Notes: generated from the sequence alone by a model not told the origin. Positions 44,661 through 55,080 are shown, counted from the stretch's first letter. The stretch: DNA of 64,000 bases from Candidatus Brocadiia bacterium (GCA_050015075.1 JBEKCB010000021.1:24303-88302); one strand, 5' to 3'. Made by a program: numbers and translations.

Positions 44661-45740
44661 TCAGCTCGCCGCGGGAATCAGCTCCTTGATGCGCTCGCGG
44701 ATTTTGATCGAGTTGGGGCATTTGCTCTCGCAAGCGCCGCAGAACGTGCAGTGATCGGGCCGCGCCTCTTCCGGGAGCGCCTTGAGCGCATCTCGCGCCC
44801 AATCATGGAGTTGGAACGCCTTGTCGTGCTGCCAGATCTCCATCAACTGGGCCACGTTGAGCTTCGCCGGACAGCCGGCGCAGTAGTTGCAGAACGTGCA
44901 GAAGCGCCCGCCGGCTTTCTCCCGCAGGCGGTCGAGTCCCGCGCACATCTGCTGGAAGTTCTCCTCTTTCGGCTCGAACTTCCCGACGCAGGCGACGTTC
45001 TCCTCGAGCATCTGCAGCGTGTTCATGCCGGAGCAGGCGGTGCTGATGTTCGGGTTCGAGAGGACGAATCGCAGCGCGATCGCGGGCGTGGGCAGGTCGA
45101 GGCCGATCGCCTCGCGCAAAGCCGGCGACGGACAACTCAGCACGCCTCCGGCCACCGGCGTCATCGCGATGACGCCGACGCCGAGTTCCCCCGCGCGCTG
45201 GATCGCCGGCTCGTACGCGCGGTTGATCATGTTGTAGGGCACCGTGAAGCTGTCGAAGAGGCCCGTCTCCGCCATCTTGATCACATTCTCCGGCAGGTCG
45301 TGCCCGGTGAACCCGATGTGCTGAACGAGGCCCTCGTCCTGCGCCCGGCGCAGCGCGTCGAGCGCGCCGCCGCGCCTGAGCAGGTACGGGAAATTCTTCC
45401 ACTGGATCCAGCCGACCTGGTAGAACTTGAAATGCGAAAGTCCGAGGATGTCGAGCTGCAGCTCGATCTCTTTGCGAAACGAGTGCGCGGTGGTGTCCGG
45501 GCCGAGGCCGCTCTTGCCGGAGACGATGACGCGGTCGGTCTTGCCCTTGACTCCCGGCGCCGTGCGGTGCTGACAGGTGCCGCCGAGGTAAAAGCGCGTG
45601 GTCTCGAAGTAGTTGACGCCCAGCTCGATCGCGCGCGAGAGCAGCTTCTCGTTGAGCGGCGGATCGTCCGCCAGGCGCATGCAGCCGAACGACAGGGCCG
45701 AGACCGAAAGGCCGGTTCGCCCCAGCGGCCGGTACTTCAT
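44661..45740 (-). CDS. Aldo/keto reductase with C-terminal 4Fe-4S dicluster
   Basis: 'YRPLGRTGLSVSALSFGCMRL', 'CTFCNYCAGCP' and 'CTFCGACESKCP'. Confidence 0.92.
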   Translation of the reverse strand: MKYRPLGRTGLSVSALSFGCMRLADDPPLNEKLLSRAIELGVNYFETTRFYLGGTCQHRTAPGVKGKTDRVIVSGKSGLGPDTTAHSFRKEIELQLDILGLSHFKFYQVGWIQWKNFPYLLRRGGALDALRRAQDEGLVQHIGFTGHDLPENVIKMAETGLFDSFTVPYNMINRAYEPAIQRAGELGVGVIAMTPVAGGVLSCPSPALREAIGLDLPTPAIALRFVLSNPNISTACSGMNTLQMLEENVACVGKFEPKEENFQQMCAGLDRLREKAGGRFCTFCNYCAGCPAKLNVAQLMEIWQHDKAFQLHDWARDALKALPEEARPDHCTFCGACESKCPNSIKIRERIKELIPAAS

Positions 45741-46072
45741 TGTCTCGTCATTGCGGATCAACGGCTCGGAGTTCGCGATTGCGACAGTAGCCATTCGGCG
45801 CCTCCTGGAGTGATTCGCGAGCGGAAGAAGGTTCGGATACGATCCCGGCCGGCGATGGGCGCGACCGACAGGCCTTCATTCTACCAGAATGAGCGGACGT
45901 GGCAACCCCGAATTCCTAAGTTTGGCAACTAACCTCACTTACAACGTTACAATTGCGCCTATTGCGAGACGCGCGACGGGGTTGTCGTTTCGCTTTCTGA
46001 AGTCAGGTAAAAAGCGTATACTTTCAAACGTACGAATACAAAAGCAGGTGGCAGAAAAAAGGAGGGCACGAG

Positions 46073-48535
46073 GTGGGCAACTTCAAGACGCTTGCGCGCG
46101 CGGCGGTATTGCTTTCGGCTTTCCTCGCGGGCGGCTTGGGTTACGCGGCCGCCTCGCCATCTGCGGCCCCGGCCGCGCCGGCCGCTCAGCCGCTGAACTG
46201 GCCGCGCACCTTTCAGCAGGGCCCGGACACTCTCACGATGTACCAGCCGCAGATCGAGAAGTGGGACGACACGACCATCACCTTCCGCGCGGCCATCGCG
46301 ATCGAGCCGGCCGAGGGCGCTGAGCCGGTTTACGGCATGGTGCGGACCATCGCCAAGGCGGACGTGGACAAGGCATCGAACATGGTGACGCTTCACGATT
46401 TCCAGATCGTCAAGGTCTCCTTCCCGACCGCGCCCGAGAGGGACATTTCGTACCTGGCGATCCTCAACCAGCAGTTGCCGACCCGCGCGAAGGAGATCTC
46501 GCTCGACCGGCTCGAAGCCAGCCTGGCCGTATCGGAAGCGGTCAAGAAGCAGCGCGGGCTGGGCGTCAAGAACGATCCACCGCGCATCTTTTTCAGCACG
46601 CATCCGGCGCTGCTCGTGCTGGTGGATGGCGCCCCGGTGCTCCGCCCGTTCGGCGGCGCCGAGCGCGTCATCAACACGCGCGCGCTCATCGTGAAAGCCG
46701 GCGGCAACTTCTACCTTTCGGCCCTGAACTTCTGGTACCAGGCGCTCGACATCGCCGGCCCATGGTCTCCGCTGGCCCGACCGTCGGACTTCCTCGCGCA
46801 GATGCGGCAGGCCGCCGGCGAGCAGGTGGACCTGATCGCTCCGGCGGCGGACGCCGCGCCGCCCGCGGCCCCGCCGGCGCTCTTCGTCAGCACCGTCCCC
46901 GCTGAATTGATCCAGACCGATGGACCGCCGCAGTTCATCCCGATCGCGAACACCGCCCAGCTCCAGCCGGCTGAACTGACCCAGGCCGACGGAACCCCGC
47001 AGTTCATCGAGGTCGCGGACACCGCCCTGCTCCAGGCGCAGAACAGCGACGACGCCATCTTCCTGGATAGGCAGACCGGGGAGTATTTCGTCCTCATCTC
47101 CGGCCGCTGGTTCAAGTCGGCGTCGCTCGACCGCGGACCGTGGCAATTTATCTCCTCGCGCGAGCTGCCGGCCGACTTCGCCAAGATCCCGCCGGACAAC
47201 CCGCGCGCGAACGTCCTAGCCTCCGTGGCCGGCACGCCGGAGGCGCACGAGGCGCTCATCGCCGACGCTATCCCGCAGACCGCCGCCGTCACGCCCGGCC
47301 CGGCGGACCTGAACGTGCCCTATGACGGCGCCGCCGACGGCGCCCCGCAGTTCGCGCCGGTCCAAGGCGTCCCGAGCCTGCAATACGCCGTGAACGCCTC
47401 GCTCCCGGTGATCGAGTCCGCGCCCAATGCGTTCTATTGCGTGCAGAACGGCATCTGGTTCGCCGCCCCGAGCGCCGCCGGACCGTGGATGGTCGCGACG
47501 GCGGTGCCGCCCGCGATCTACGACATTCCGCCTTCCTGCCCGCTGCACTACGTCACCTACTGCCGCATCTTCGCCGTCACGCCGGAAGCCGTATACGTCG
47601 GCTACACGCCCGGCTATCTCGGCGCCGTGACCTCGGCCGACGGCGTGGTGGTCTTCGGCACCGGTTACTGCTATCCGCCGTGCGTCGGGCTCGTGTGGAC
47701 CCCGCAGCCGTGCACGTACGGCTTCGACGCGGGCTTCGAGTGCGGGCCGGACACGGGATTCGATTTCGGGTTCGGTGAGGACAACTTCGGCGGCGGATGC
47801 CTTGCGCCGTATTGGGGACCTTTCGATTGGGGATGGCGGCATCACTTCAACTACAGCCGCATCGGCGTCAATCACGTGAACCTTTACCATCATTGGGGCG
47901 GCAAAGTCGTCTCGATCCGGCAGCACCCGGCGCACGCCGGCGAGGAGGAAAACGCGCGGCTCCATCCGGAGGCGCGGTTCAACCCGTACTCCGCCCGGCC
48001 GACGGCCGTCCAGCACGGTCCTGGGGAGCATCAGCCGGCCGCGAACGCCGGCAAACTCGATTGGAGCGCCAACGCCAAGCCGCGTCCGGAGATTTCCACC
48101 TCCGCGGCCGCGGCCGCGGATGCGAATCGCCGGGCGCAGGTCGCCAGGGTGAACAACGTCTTCGTCAGCGCGACAGGCGAAATCTACCGCCGCGCCTCGG
48201 CGACCGAGCCGGGTGCGCACGCGGAGTCGGGCGAGCCCTCGCGCGAAACACGCGCGCGTGAACCGGGCGCAGCGCAAGGTGAAGCCCCGGCGCTCGGGCG
48301 CGAACTGCCCCAACCGGCCCAATGGCAGCAGCACACCGCCTCCGGCTGGCAGCCCGCCGCGCAGAGCCCGTCATTCCGTCAAGCCGCCCCGGAGTTGAAC
48401 CGCGAAGCCGCCGCGCGTGACATCGGCGAAAGACGCGCCGTCAGCGGTCCGGCCAGGGCCGAGGCGCCGCCGAGCATCCCGCCCGCGCCGAGCCGTCCGT
48501 CCGCCCCAACACCCGGCGGCGCGCCACGGCGATAA
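46073..48535 (+). CDS. Large secreted hypothetical protein with aromatic-rich repeats and a disordered tail
   Basis: Signal peptide; repeated 'Y.....WF.A....GPW' units; 'YVGYTPGYLG'; GGAGG RBS before GTG. Confidence 0.75.
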   Translation: MGNFKTLARAAVLLSAFLAGGLGYAAASPSAAPAAPAAQPLNWPRTFQQGPDTLTMYQPQIEKWDDTTITFRAAIAIEPAEGAEPVYGMVRTIAKADVDKASNMVTLHDFQIVKVSFPTAPERDISYLAILNQQLPTRAKEISLDRLEASLAVSEAVKKQRGLGVKNDPPRIFFSTHPALLVLVDGAPVLRPFGGAERVINTRALIVKAGGNFYLSALNFWYQALDIAGPWSPLARPSDFLAQMRQAAGEQVDLIAPAADAAPPAAPPALFVSTVPAELIQTDGPPQFIPIANTAQLQPAELTQADGTPQFIEVADTALLQAQNSDDAIFLDRQTGEYFVLISGRWFKSASLDRGPWQFISSRELPADFAKIPPDNPRANVLASVAGTPEAHEALIADAIPQTAAVTPGPADLNVPYDGAADGAPQFAPVQGVPSLQYAVNASLPVIESAPNAFYCVQNGIWFAAPSAAGPWMVATAVPPAIYDIPPSCPLHYVTYCRIFAVTPEAVYVGYTPGYLGAVTSADGVVVFGTGYCYPPCVGLVWTPQPCTYGFDAGFECGPDTGFDFGFGEDNFGGGCLAPYWGPFDWGWRHHFNYSRIGVNHVNLYHHWGGKVVSIRQHPAHAGEEENARLHPEARFNPYSARPTAVQHGPGEHQPAANAGKLDWSANAKPRPEISTSAAAAADANRRAQVARVNNVFVSATGEIYRRASATEPGAHAESGEPSRETRAREPGAAQGEAPALGRELPQPAQWQQHTASGWQPAAQSPSFRQAAPELNREAAARDIGERRAVSGPARAEAPPSIPPAPSRPSAPTPGGAPRR
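46898..47035 (+). repeat. In-frame 69-nt tandem duplication
   Basis: PAELIQTDGPPQFIPIANTAQLQ / PAELTQADGTPQFIEVADTALLQ. Confidence 0.85.
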
Positions 48536-48636
48536 CAGGACCAGCGGCGACCACGACCGGCCGAAAAACGAACGACGGGATGTCGGTAGCAGGAGCTAAA
48601 ATGGGTGGCTGCTCCTAAAGCCTATTCAATAGCCCT

Positions 48637-48661
48637 AGATCCCCGCTTTCGCGGGAATGAC
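48637..48661. repeat. REP-like palindrome (GATxCCCGC-TTTC-GCGGGAATGAC)
   Basis: agatccccgctttcgcgggaatgac matches a widespread REP half-unit. Confidence 0.65.
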
Positions 48662-48681
48662 ATGAACATCCGTTTCCCCAC

Positions 48682-49332
48682 TTATCGCATGGACGATCTA
48701 ACTATTCGGCGTTGCTCTCGCATGAGAAATCGTTTCGCACACCTGTTAGCCGGATTATAGTGCAGAGCGAGTTCGGCCGCTCTTGCCGCCCGGACGTTTC
48801 TTCCTATGCCGGAAAGCCTCATGGCTTCAGCAATCCAGCAATTGCTCAAGTTGCCATTGTTTCGGGCAACGTCCTTCGGGGCGGATATGTACTTCCGTCT
48901 CTTCTTGAGGACATCCTGGGCCTGTCGGAACTTCCCGAGTTCGTAAAGGGATTCGCCAAGCGCCTCAAGCACCCAGGCTTTTCTCTCGTGAGATTCACGG
49001 GAATAGAGGCGCCAGGCTCTGGAGAGCCAGTGCAGGGCCTTCTCATACGCCTTCAGGTCCATGTATGCGATTCCGACGTGATAGTATACGGTCCGCAGTT
49101 CGGGATTAGGTCTTAGCGCCTGCATGTATAGCGACAACGCCTGCTTGCTGCGGCCCATTCGATGCAAGCAAATGCCTTCAAGGTTAAGAAGATATCCGTC
49201 GCGTTTGTGGCTTTGCCTCTTGAGCGCCTTGATACGGCGCACCGCCTGTGACGTACGCCCTTCACTTAGCAATTGGCAAATATCTTGATAGGTGTCGCAC
49301 GGCTTGTCATCAAGTGCGATTCTATCTCGCAT
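48682..49332 (-). CDS. TPR-repeat protein (AT-rich)
   Basis: TPR-like 'LNLEGICLHRMGR..QALSLY', 'YYHVGIAYMDLKAYEKAL' and 'LGESLYELGKFRQA'. Confidence 0.7.
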   Translation of the reverse strand: MRDRIALDDKPCDTYQDICQLLSEGRTSQAVRRIKALKRQSHKRDGYLLNLEGICLHRMGRSKQALSLYMQALRPNPELRTVYYHVGIAYMDLKAYEKALHWLSRAWRLYSRESHERKAWVLEALGESLYELGKFRQAQDVLKKRRKYISAPKDVARNNGNLSNCWIAEAMRLSGIGRNVRAARAAELALHYNPANRCAKRFLMREQRRIVRSSMR

Positions 49333-49337
49333 TGATA

Positions 49338-51671
49338 TCAAGCCTCGGCGGTTGATCCGGAGCGCGGTGCAGCTTGACGCTCCGTGTGTGCAGGCGACGG
49401 AGCGGTCTGCGAAGGAGCCCCGCCGGCGGGCGCGGCTTTTTGCTGGACTTCGGGGCGGTGGAACCACCGGTCAAGGGTGCCGTTTGTCCACAGGACATAG
49501 CTCGTGACGGCCGCGGCGGCGAGCGCCAGGAGGATGACCCAGAGGGCGATCTTCGTCGTCTTCGACGCGGCGGCGTACGGGTCCTTGAGCATGCGGATGG
49601 AGCCCTTCGGCAGGTGAGCGGTCTTCGTGAGCGCCGCGCCGAACGGGATGTTGATCTTGACGCGGCCGTTGACGGCCCAGCCGTTCGCGTCGAGGATCGG
49701 CCCGAGGTTGCGCTTGCGCAGTTTGAACGCCGCGAGGATGACCGATACGGTGGAGATCACGACGAGGATGGCAAGGACCGCCAGCGGCATCTGCCACCAC
49801 GTCAGCTTGAAGAACTCCGCCAGGAGCGTGGCGATGGCGCCGCCGATGGCGCCGACGGCCAGGCCGACCGCGGCCAGAATGCCGACCATTTTCGCAATGT
49901 CAAATGGCGGTTTCTGCGGCGGCGGCTGCGCTGCGGCCGGCGTCGCGCCCGGCGCAGCAGGCGTTTGCAGCGTCGCCTGGGCAGCTTGCGTGGCGGCGGC
50001 CATTCTCTCCTGCGCGGCCTGGTCGCGCGCCGCAGCGGCCTTCTGCATCTGCTCGCCGATCAGCCGGCCGAGCCGCTTGTAGGGCGACAGGATCCCCTGC
50101 CAGATGCTGATCGGCTTCTCGATGATCTTCGTAATCGTCGCGTCCCAGTCCCGGCCCTGACGGTCGTAGAAAATGCCGTTGCGCCCGACCATGAGGTTGT
50201 CGGAATCGCCGCCGGTGAAGGCCGCCGCGATCTGGAGTTTCTCGGGGACGTCCTTGCGGGTGCAGTCGCAATAGGCCAGGTAGGTCTCGCTCAGGCCGGC
50301 GAGCGCGGCGTGTTTGGCGGGGTCCTCGACCCGCACGCAGAGGTCGCAACTGCGGCCGTCGAGATATAGCGTGCCGACCTGGAAAATGGCCTTGCGCCGC
50401 CCGCTGTAGAAGTCGCGGAAGGAGACGAAGTTGCGCAGGAGCACGATCAGGTCGCGGTGGTAACGGACCAGGCGGTCCACGACGACGATCTGGTTCATGG
50501 TGGCTTCGAGCGATTTGTCCCTGGCGATGGCGGCGGCGAGAAGGGCGCGGGAATCGCCGGCGAGGATCTCGCGGACGCGCGCGAGGCCGAGCTTCTCGAC
50601 CGGGGCGCCGGCCCGCGCGGCGAGCCACGCTTCGTAGGGGACGAATTTCTCGTTGATTTTCGCCCAGTCGTCGGGCGTCAGGCGCGGCGCTTGAGGCGCG
50701 ATCAGCGGGACGACCACCTGGTGATAGAGCTTGGCGAGCGCGAGCGTCCAGGCCGGGTTGACGCCCGCGAGGAGCGGCAGCGGACGGTCCGGCTCGATCC
50801 GCGAGAGCGGGAACCCGCTCATCTCGCCGCCCGACGGCGAAAGCTCCCTGGCGGCGATCGCCTGGTACTCCGATTCGGCGCGGTTGAGCGCGGCGGCGGC
50901 GCGGCTGTCGAACGCGGCCAGCCGGCAGCGCGCGAAGTAGTCGTCCACCTTCGACCGGACCGACTTGACCGCCTCATACGCGTCCGCGGTCGCGTCGCCC
51001 AGCGGCAGGATCGTCGCAGGCTCGTCTTCGGCTTTCGCGCGCCAGTCGGAGAACGCCCGGAGTTCGCCGAAGAACTGGTCGAGCCTGGCCTGCGTGACGC
51101 CGGGCACGCCGCTGCGGTCCATCTCGCCGCCGACGCAGGCGATAATGTCGGCGATGACGGCGCGGGCTGCGGCGTCGTCCACCGAATCGGGCGGGATGAC
51201 GCCGTCGCCGTTGAACTTCGTCTTGGCGAAGATCGCCGCCGTGTCGGTGGTGTCGGCGAGGCTGATCGCCGTGGCGTCGGGCTTGCCGAGGCTGGCGAGC
51301 ACCTGCTTGGCCGCCGCGAGCAGTTGCGCGCCCTCGGGCGAGGCGGCGCGGATGGAGGACAAGGGCAGCGTCTCGGAGCCCTGGAGGATCTCGACCGGAT
51401 CCTCGAGGACTTCGACGACCCAGGCGACCGCGGCGATGACCTCCGGCGCGCGGACGTGGCCGTCGTGGTCGGTGTCGAGCAGGTCGAGCGTCTTCGAATC
51501 GAACTCCAGGTCGTGCGTCGGGCAGCTTAGCGCCACCCAGAGTTTCTGGTCGAGGTCCTTGAGCGCGGCCAAGTCGGAGTTCTTGTCGAGCGTCACCTGG
51601 TCCACGCCGCCGGCGCGGAAGAATTTCCAGCGGTGCGCGGCGCGCGGCGCGGCGGAGTCCGATGCGTTCAT
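49338..51671 (-). CDS. Conserved hypothetical membrane protein with N-terminal EF-hand-like motif
   Basis: 'WKFFRAGGVDQV', EF-hand-like 'DTDHDGHVRAPE', 'VGRNGIFYDRQGRDWDA' and C-terminal TM helices. Confidence 0.8.
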   Translation of the reverse strand: MNASDSAAPRAAHRWKFFRAGGVDQVTLDKNSDLAALKDLDQKLWVALSCPTHDLEFDSKTLDLLDTDHDGHVRAPEVIAAVAWVVEVLEDPVEILQGSETLPLSSIRAASPEGAQLLAAAKQVLASLGKPDATAISLADTTDTAAIFAKTKFNGDGVIPPDSVDDAAARAVIADIIACVGGEMDRSGVPGVTQARLDQFFGELRAFSDWRAKAEDEPATILPLGDATADAYEAVKSVRSKVDDYFARCRLAAFDSRAAAALNRAESEYQAIAARELSPSGGEMSGFPLSRIEPDRPLPLLAGVNPAWTLALAKLYHQVVVPLIAPQAPRLTPDDWAKINEKFVPYEAWLAARAGAPVEKLGLARVREILAGDSRALLAAAIARDKSLEATMNQIVVVDRLVRYHRDLIVLLRNFVSFRDFYSGRRKAIFQVGTLYLDGRSCDLCVRVEDPAKHAALAGLSETYLAYCDCTRKDVPEKLQIAAAFTGGDSDNLMVGRNGIFYDRQGRDWDATITKIIEKPISIWQGILSPYKRLGRLIGEQMQKAAAARDQAAQERMAAATQAAQATLQTPAAPGATPAAAQPPPQKPPFDIAKMVGILAAVGLAVGAIGGAIATLLAEFFKLTWWQMPLAVLAILVVISTVSVILAAFKLRKRNLGPILDANGWAVNGRVKINIPFGAALTKTAHLPKGSIRMLKDPYAAASKTTKIALWVILLALAAAAVTSYVLWTNGTLDRWFHRPEVQQKAAPAGGAPSQTAPSPAHTERQAAPRSGSTAEA

Positions 51672-51722
51672 GGCTGTCTCCTCGCGGACGGACGAAAGCC
51701 CGGTTCCCGCCGGATGAGCGGC

Positions 51723-52748
51723 TCAGAAGTTGATGCCGACGCCGAGGATGTACGCCGTGTCCGTGCGCTCCTGCCCGGCGGCGGGATTCGAGTCGTAATC
51801 AATCAGCACCTTGAAACTGGCGAAGATCGCCTTGTACAGGGCGGCGCGCAGCTCCGCGCTCGTCTCGAGCTTGTAGTTCGAGAACTTCTCCAGGTCGGGG
51901 TTGAGGCGGAAATCGTGCAGGAAGGTCAGCGTGTCGGTCAGCGCCCGGTCGAAGTGCCAGCCGATCTGCGCGACGATGGTGTCGTCGTTCCGGTCCGGAT
52001 GGGTGTAGGACTCATGCATGCCGCCGAAGCTGAGATTGGTGTTGAAGTTCATCTTCTTCGATTCGACCCACTGATAGCCCATGCCCAGCGTGCCGATCGC
52101 GCGCCCGTCGAGGTTCGCGATGCGGTTCTTCATGTAATTGACATCCGCGAGCACAAAGAGCTGCTTGGAGACGAAGTAGTCGTACTCGACGTCCACGAAC
52201 CACTTGTCCGTCGTGGTGCTCTGGATGTTGGTGCTGGGGTCCTCGGATTCCGCGTACAGGTAGTAGGCGTTCACGTTGATGCGGTCGTCCTCGGTGCGCC
52301 GCTCCAGGCTGGCGTCGCCGCTGGCGGTGGTCGAACGGGAATTGCCGGTGGTCTTGGTCGCGCCGAAGGTCACGTGCCCGGTCCATTTGACCTTGGGCTT
52401 CTCCGGCGGGTTCGCGGCGGCCAGGTCAGCCAGCGCCAGGTCCTGCGGCGCGAGGAGGCCGCCCGCCTGGACCGCGACCATGCCGTCCCCCGCGGCCGCG
52501 ACTTTCTGATGAACGACGGTGCCGTCTTTGAACACCAGCAGGATCGGCTCATCCGTGGAGAAGGTCATCACTTTGGACATGTCTATGGTGACTTCGGCCA
52601 TCGCGTCGGTCTTGATGCGGAGCTTGCCGTCGGCGAGCGACTCGATGATCCCCGTCACCCGGTCGCCGTTCTTCAGGACCACCACGTCGGCCGTCGCGAC
52701 GGAACCGCAGACCGCCAGGATGCCGAGTGCGATGAGCATGGACCGCAT
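51723..52748 (-). CDS. DUF481 (YdiY-like) outer-membrane beta-barrel protein
   Basis: Signal peptide, 'DVVVLKNGDRVTG' N-domain, alternating beta strands and terminal Phe. Confidence 0.85.
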   Translation of the reverse strand: MRSMLIALGILAVCGSVATADVVVLKNGDRVTGIIESLADGKLRIKTDAMAEVTIDMSKVMTFSTDEPILLVFKDGTVVHQKVAAAGDGMVAVQAGGLLAPQDLALADLAAANPPEKPKVKWTGHVTFGATKTTGNSRSTTASGDASLERRTEDDRINVNAYYLYAESEDPSTNIQSTTTDKWFVDVEYDYFVSKQLFVLADVNYMKNRIANLDGRAIGTLGMGYQWVESKKMNFNTNLSFGGMHESYTHPDRNDDTIVAQIGWHFDRALTDTLTFLHDFRLNPDLEKFSNYKLETSAELRAALYKAIFASFKVLIDYDSNPAAGQERTDTAYILGVGINF

Positions 52749-52922
52749 CGTTTTCCCTCCAACAGATGCCGCCGGCGAAGTCAGTCCAGGAAAAGACGCC
52801 CCGCCGATAATGGCCGGCTGATGAGCCCGCAATCCGGCCTGCGAGTATTCTACGGATTTTCCGGCGGCATGCAAGCCGAATCCGGCCGAGCATTCGGCAT
52901 TCCGTATTCCGCATGGGCGGTG

Positions 52923-53585
52923 CTATTCGGGCTCTGCGGCCTTCGGCTTGTCGGTCCTGGGCTTGAGCCATTCCACCTGCCGGGCTTCGTAGTAGCCTTC
53001 GCTGACGTACACGAAGTGCGTCACGAAGACTTCATCGCCGAGGAGCATCGCGAGGACCGGCTTGTCGGCGTCGCGGCTGATGGCGCGCACGGGCGCCCCG
53101 ACGGCGGCCACCAGGGCGACCGGGCCCATGCCCAGGTTGCTCAACTGGCACGCGCTGGAATGGACCAGGCGGATCGTATAGACGGGGTTCCAGAAGCCGC
53201 GGACCTTCGCGGCGCCCGGCGCGGCGTTCATCTTGTTCTGGAGCGGGGTCACCACGTCCTGGTCGGCGCTCAGCACCGGCGCCCAGTTCGACAGGTCGCC
53301 GAGGTTGAACGGAGGGAGAGCGGCGATCTGCCGGACCGCCTCGGTGTGCAGGACGTCCTTCTGAGGCGCCAGGATGCGCTCGGCAATCGCGGTGGTCGCC
53401 GCTTCGAGTTCCTCACGGGTCATGTTGTCCACCTTGCCGATCAACTCGCGGTAAGCCGTCTGGCTGTAGTTCGCCCACAGATCGTCGAAGGTCATCACGG
53501 GTTTGGCGTCGTCGGCGGCCAGCGCGAGCCCGCACAGAACGACGCCCGCCGCAAGCGCCCACGCCGGCGGCCGATGGATTTTCAT
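52923..53585 (-). CDS. Secreted hypothetical protein
   Basis: GGAGG RBS; signal peptide ending 'ALA|AD'. Confidence 0.65.
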   Translation of the reverse strand: MKIHRPPAWALAAGVVLCGLALAADDAKPVMTFDDLWANYSQTAYRELIGKVDNMTREELEAATTAIAERILAPQKDVLHTEAVRQIAALPPFNLGDLSNWAPVLSADQDVVTPLQNKMNAAPGAAKVRGFWNPVYTIRLVHSSACQLSNLGMGPVALVAAVGAPVRAISRDADKPVLAMLLGDEVFVTHFVYVSEGYYEARQVEWLKPRTDKPKAAEPE

Positions 53586-53657
53586 CGCGGTTCCTCCGAA
53601 GTTCGGATTTGCCCGGTACGGAGGCGATCCCAATCGCCCCGCTGCGCCCCTGCGCGA

Positions 53658-55061
53658 TCAGCCCTTTGCGACGGCGCTGGATTCGAAGACCAGCCGGACG
53701 TGGCCGATCTCGATCTCGTCGCCCGGCCGCAGCGCAACGGAGCTGATCGGCCGCCCGTTGACTTGCGTGCCCAAGTGCCCGCCGAGATCGCGAAGCACGA
53801 AACGGCCTTCCTGGAGTTCGATCACGGCGTGCTCGCTGGAGACGCGGTGATCGTCAATGCAGACCTGGCTGTTCGGATCGCGGCCGATGCGGGTCTGCTT
53901 TCCGTCAATCTCGAAGAGCGCGCCGCGCGGCAGGCCGGCGGTCGCCACGAGCCGGGCGCGCGGCTGAGCCGCCGCGCCCTCCTGTCGGAGGCCGGCGTCG
54001 CGCGCGGCGGCGGAGACCGCGACGCCATGCCGCCGGAAGGCGTACCAGATTTCTTTGCGCAGGTCGCTCTGCACCACCGGCGCGGACTCGTAGTTGTCCA
54101 CCCACACCTGCAATTCGTAGGCAAGAGCGTTCTCGCGAAAATCCATCAGGTGCGCGGCCGGGGCCGGCCGCGTCAGGACGCCTTCCACGCGCGCGGCCGC
54201 TTCCAGCAGGGCATGCGCGGCGAGTCCGGGCGGCGTATCGTCCGCCACGGTGATGCAGATCGTCAGCAGGTGCAGCGAAGACGGCTGGTTGAAGTTCAGG
54301 ATAGGCGCCTGGACGATGACGCAGTTGGGGATCTCCACCAAGTCGCTCTGCCGGGTGCGCAGGCGCGTCGAGCGCCACCCGATCTCAATCACCTCGCCTT
54401 CGGCGTCACCGATCTGGACCCAGTCGCCGACTTCGAACAGCCGTTCGGCGCTGACCAGCACGCCGGACATCAGGTTGCCCAGCAGCGACTGGACGCCCAA
54501 CCCGATGACGAGGGTGACGATGCCGGAAGTGACAAAGATGGGCGTCAGGCTCAGGTCGGGAAAGGACCACATCAGCAGCAGGAACAGGCCGAGGAATCCC
54601 GCGAACAGCAGCACGAAGGTGCGGATCAGCGGCGGCAGGCCCGCGCGCGTGCGCTGGGCCTCCGAGGGAATCGCCGCCTTCGACACCAGGTACAGCAGAC
54701 TGACGAAGAGCATGAAAACGAACAGGAACCGGGCGAAGTGATACAGGTTCTCGACGCTCGAATGGTTCGCCTGCATCATTCCCAGCCAGACCGCTCCGCT
54801 CAACACGACGAGGATCGGCATGAAAATGGCGGGGCTCTTGAAGAGCTTGCGGCTCAGCAGCAGGCGCGTGATCAGGATGCCGGCAAGAAAAATGACCGTG
54901 GGCACGATGATCATCAGGACCGGCTCGTAGGGATTGCCGGACTGCACCGGCCCCTCAGCCGCTTTCTCCGCACCCTGAGCCAGGGCCACGCCGCCCTGCA
55001 GGGCCAGGGCGAGGACCGCCAAAACGGTCGCCGGCGTCGAAAGCACCGCGGAATCTCTCAT
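53658..55061 (-). CDS. MscS-family mechanosensitive channel with C-terminal FHA domain
   Basis: TM3 'VIGLGVQSLLGNLMSG', 'FEVGDWVQIG..GEVIEIGWRSTRLRT' and 'EIWYAFRRHGV'; FHA 'IGRDPNSQVCIDDHRVSSEHA...GTQVNG...LRPGDEIEIG'. Confidence 0.88.
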   Translation of the reverse strand: MRDSAVLSTPATVLAVLALALQGGVALAQGAEKAAEGPVQSGNPYEPVLMIIVPTVIFLAGILITRLLLSRKLFKSPAIFMPILVVLSGAVWLGMMQANHSSVENLYHFARFLFVFMLFVSLLYLVSKAAIPSEAQRTRAGLPPLIRTFVLLFAGFLGLFLLLMWSFPDLSLTPIFVTSGIVTLVIGLGVQSLLGNLMSGVLVSAERLFEVGDWVQIGDAEGEVIEIGWRSTRLRTRQSDLVEIPNCVIVQAPILNFNQPSSLHLLTICITVADDTPPGLAAHALLEAAARVEGVLTRPAPAAHLMDFRENALAYELQVWVDNYESAPVVQSDLRKEIWYAFRRHGVAVSAAARDAGLRQEGAAAQPRARLVATAGLPRGALFEIDGKQTRIGRDPNSQVCIDDHRVSSEHAVIELQEGRFVLRDLGGHLGTQVNGRPISSVALRPGDEIEIGHVRLVFESSAVAKG

Positions 55062-55080
55062 GCCGCATCCTTGAAGACGA

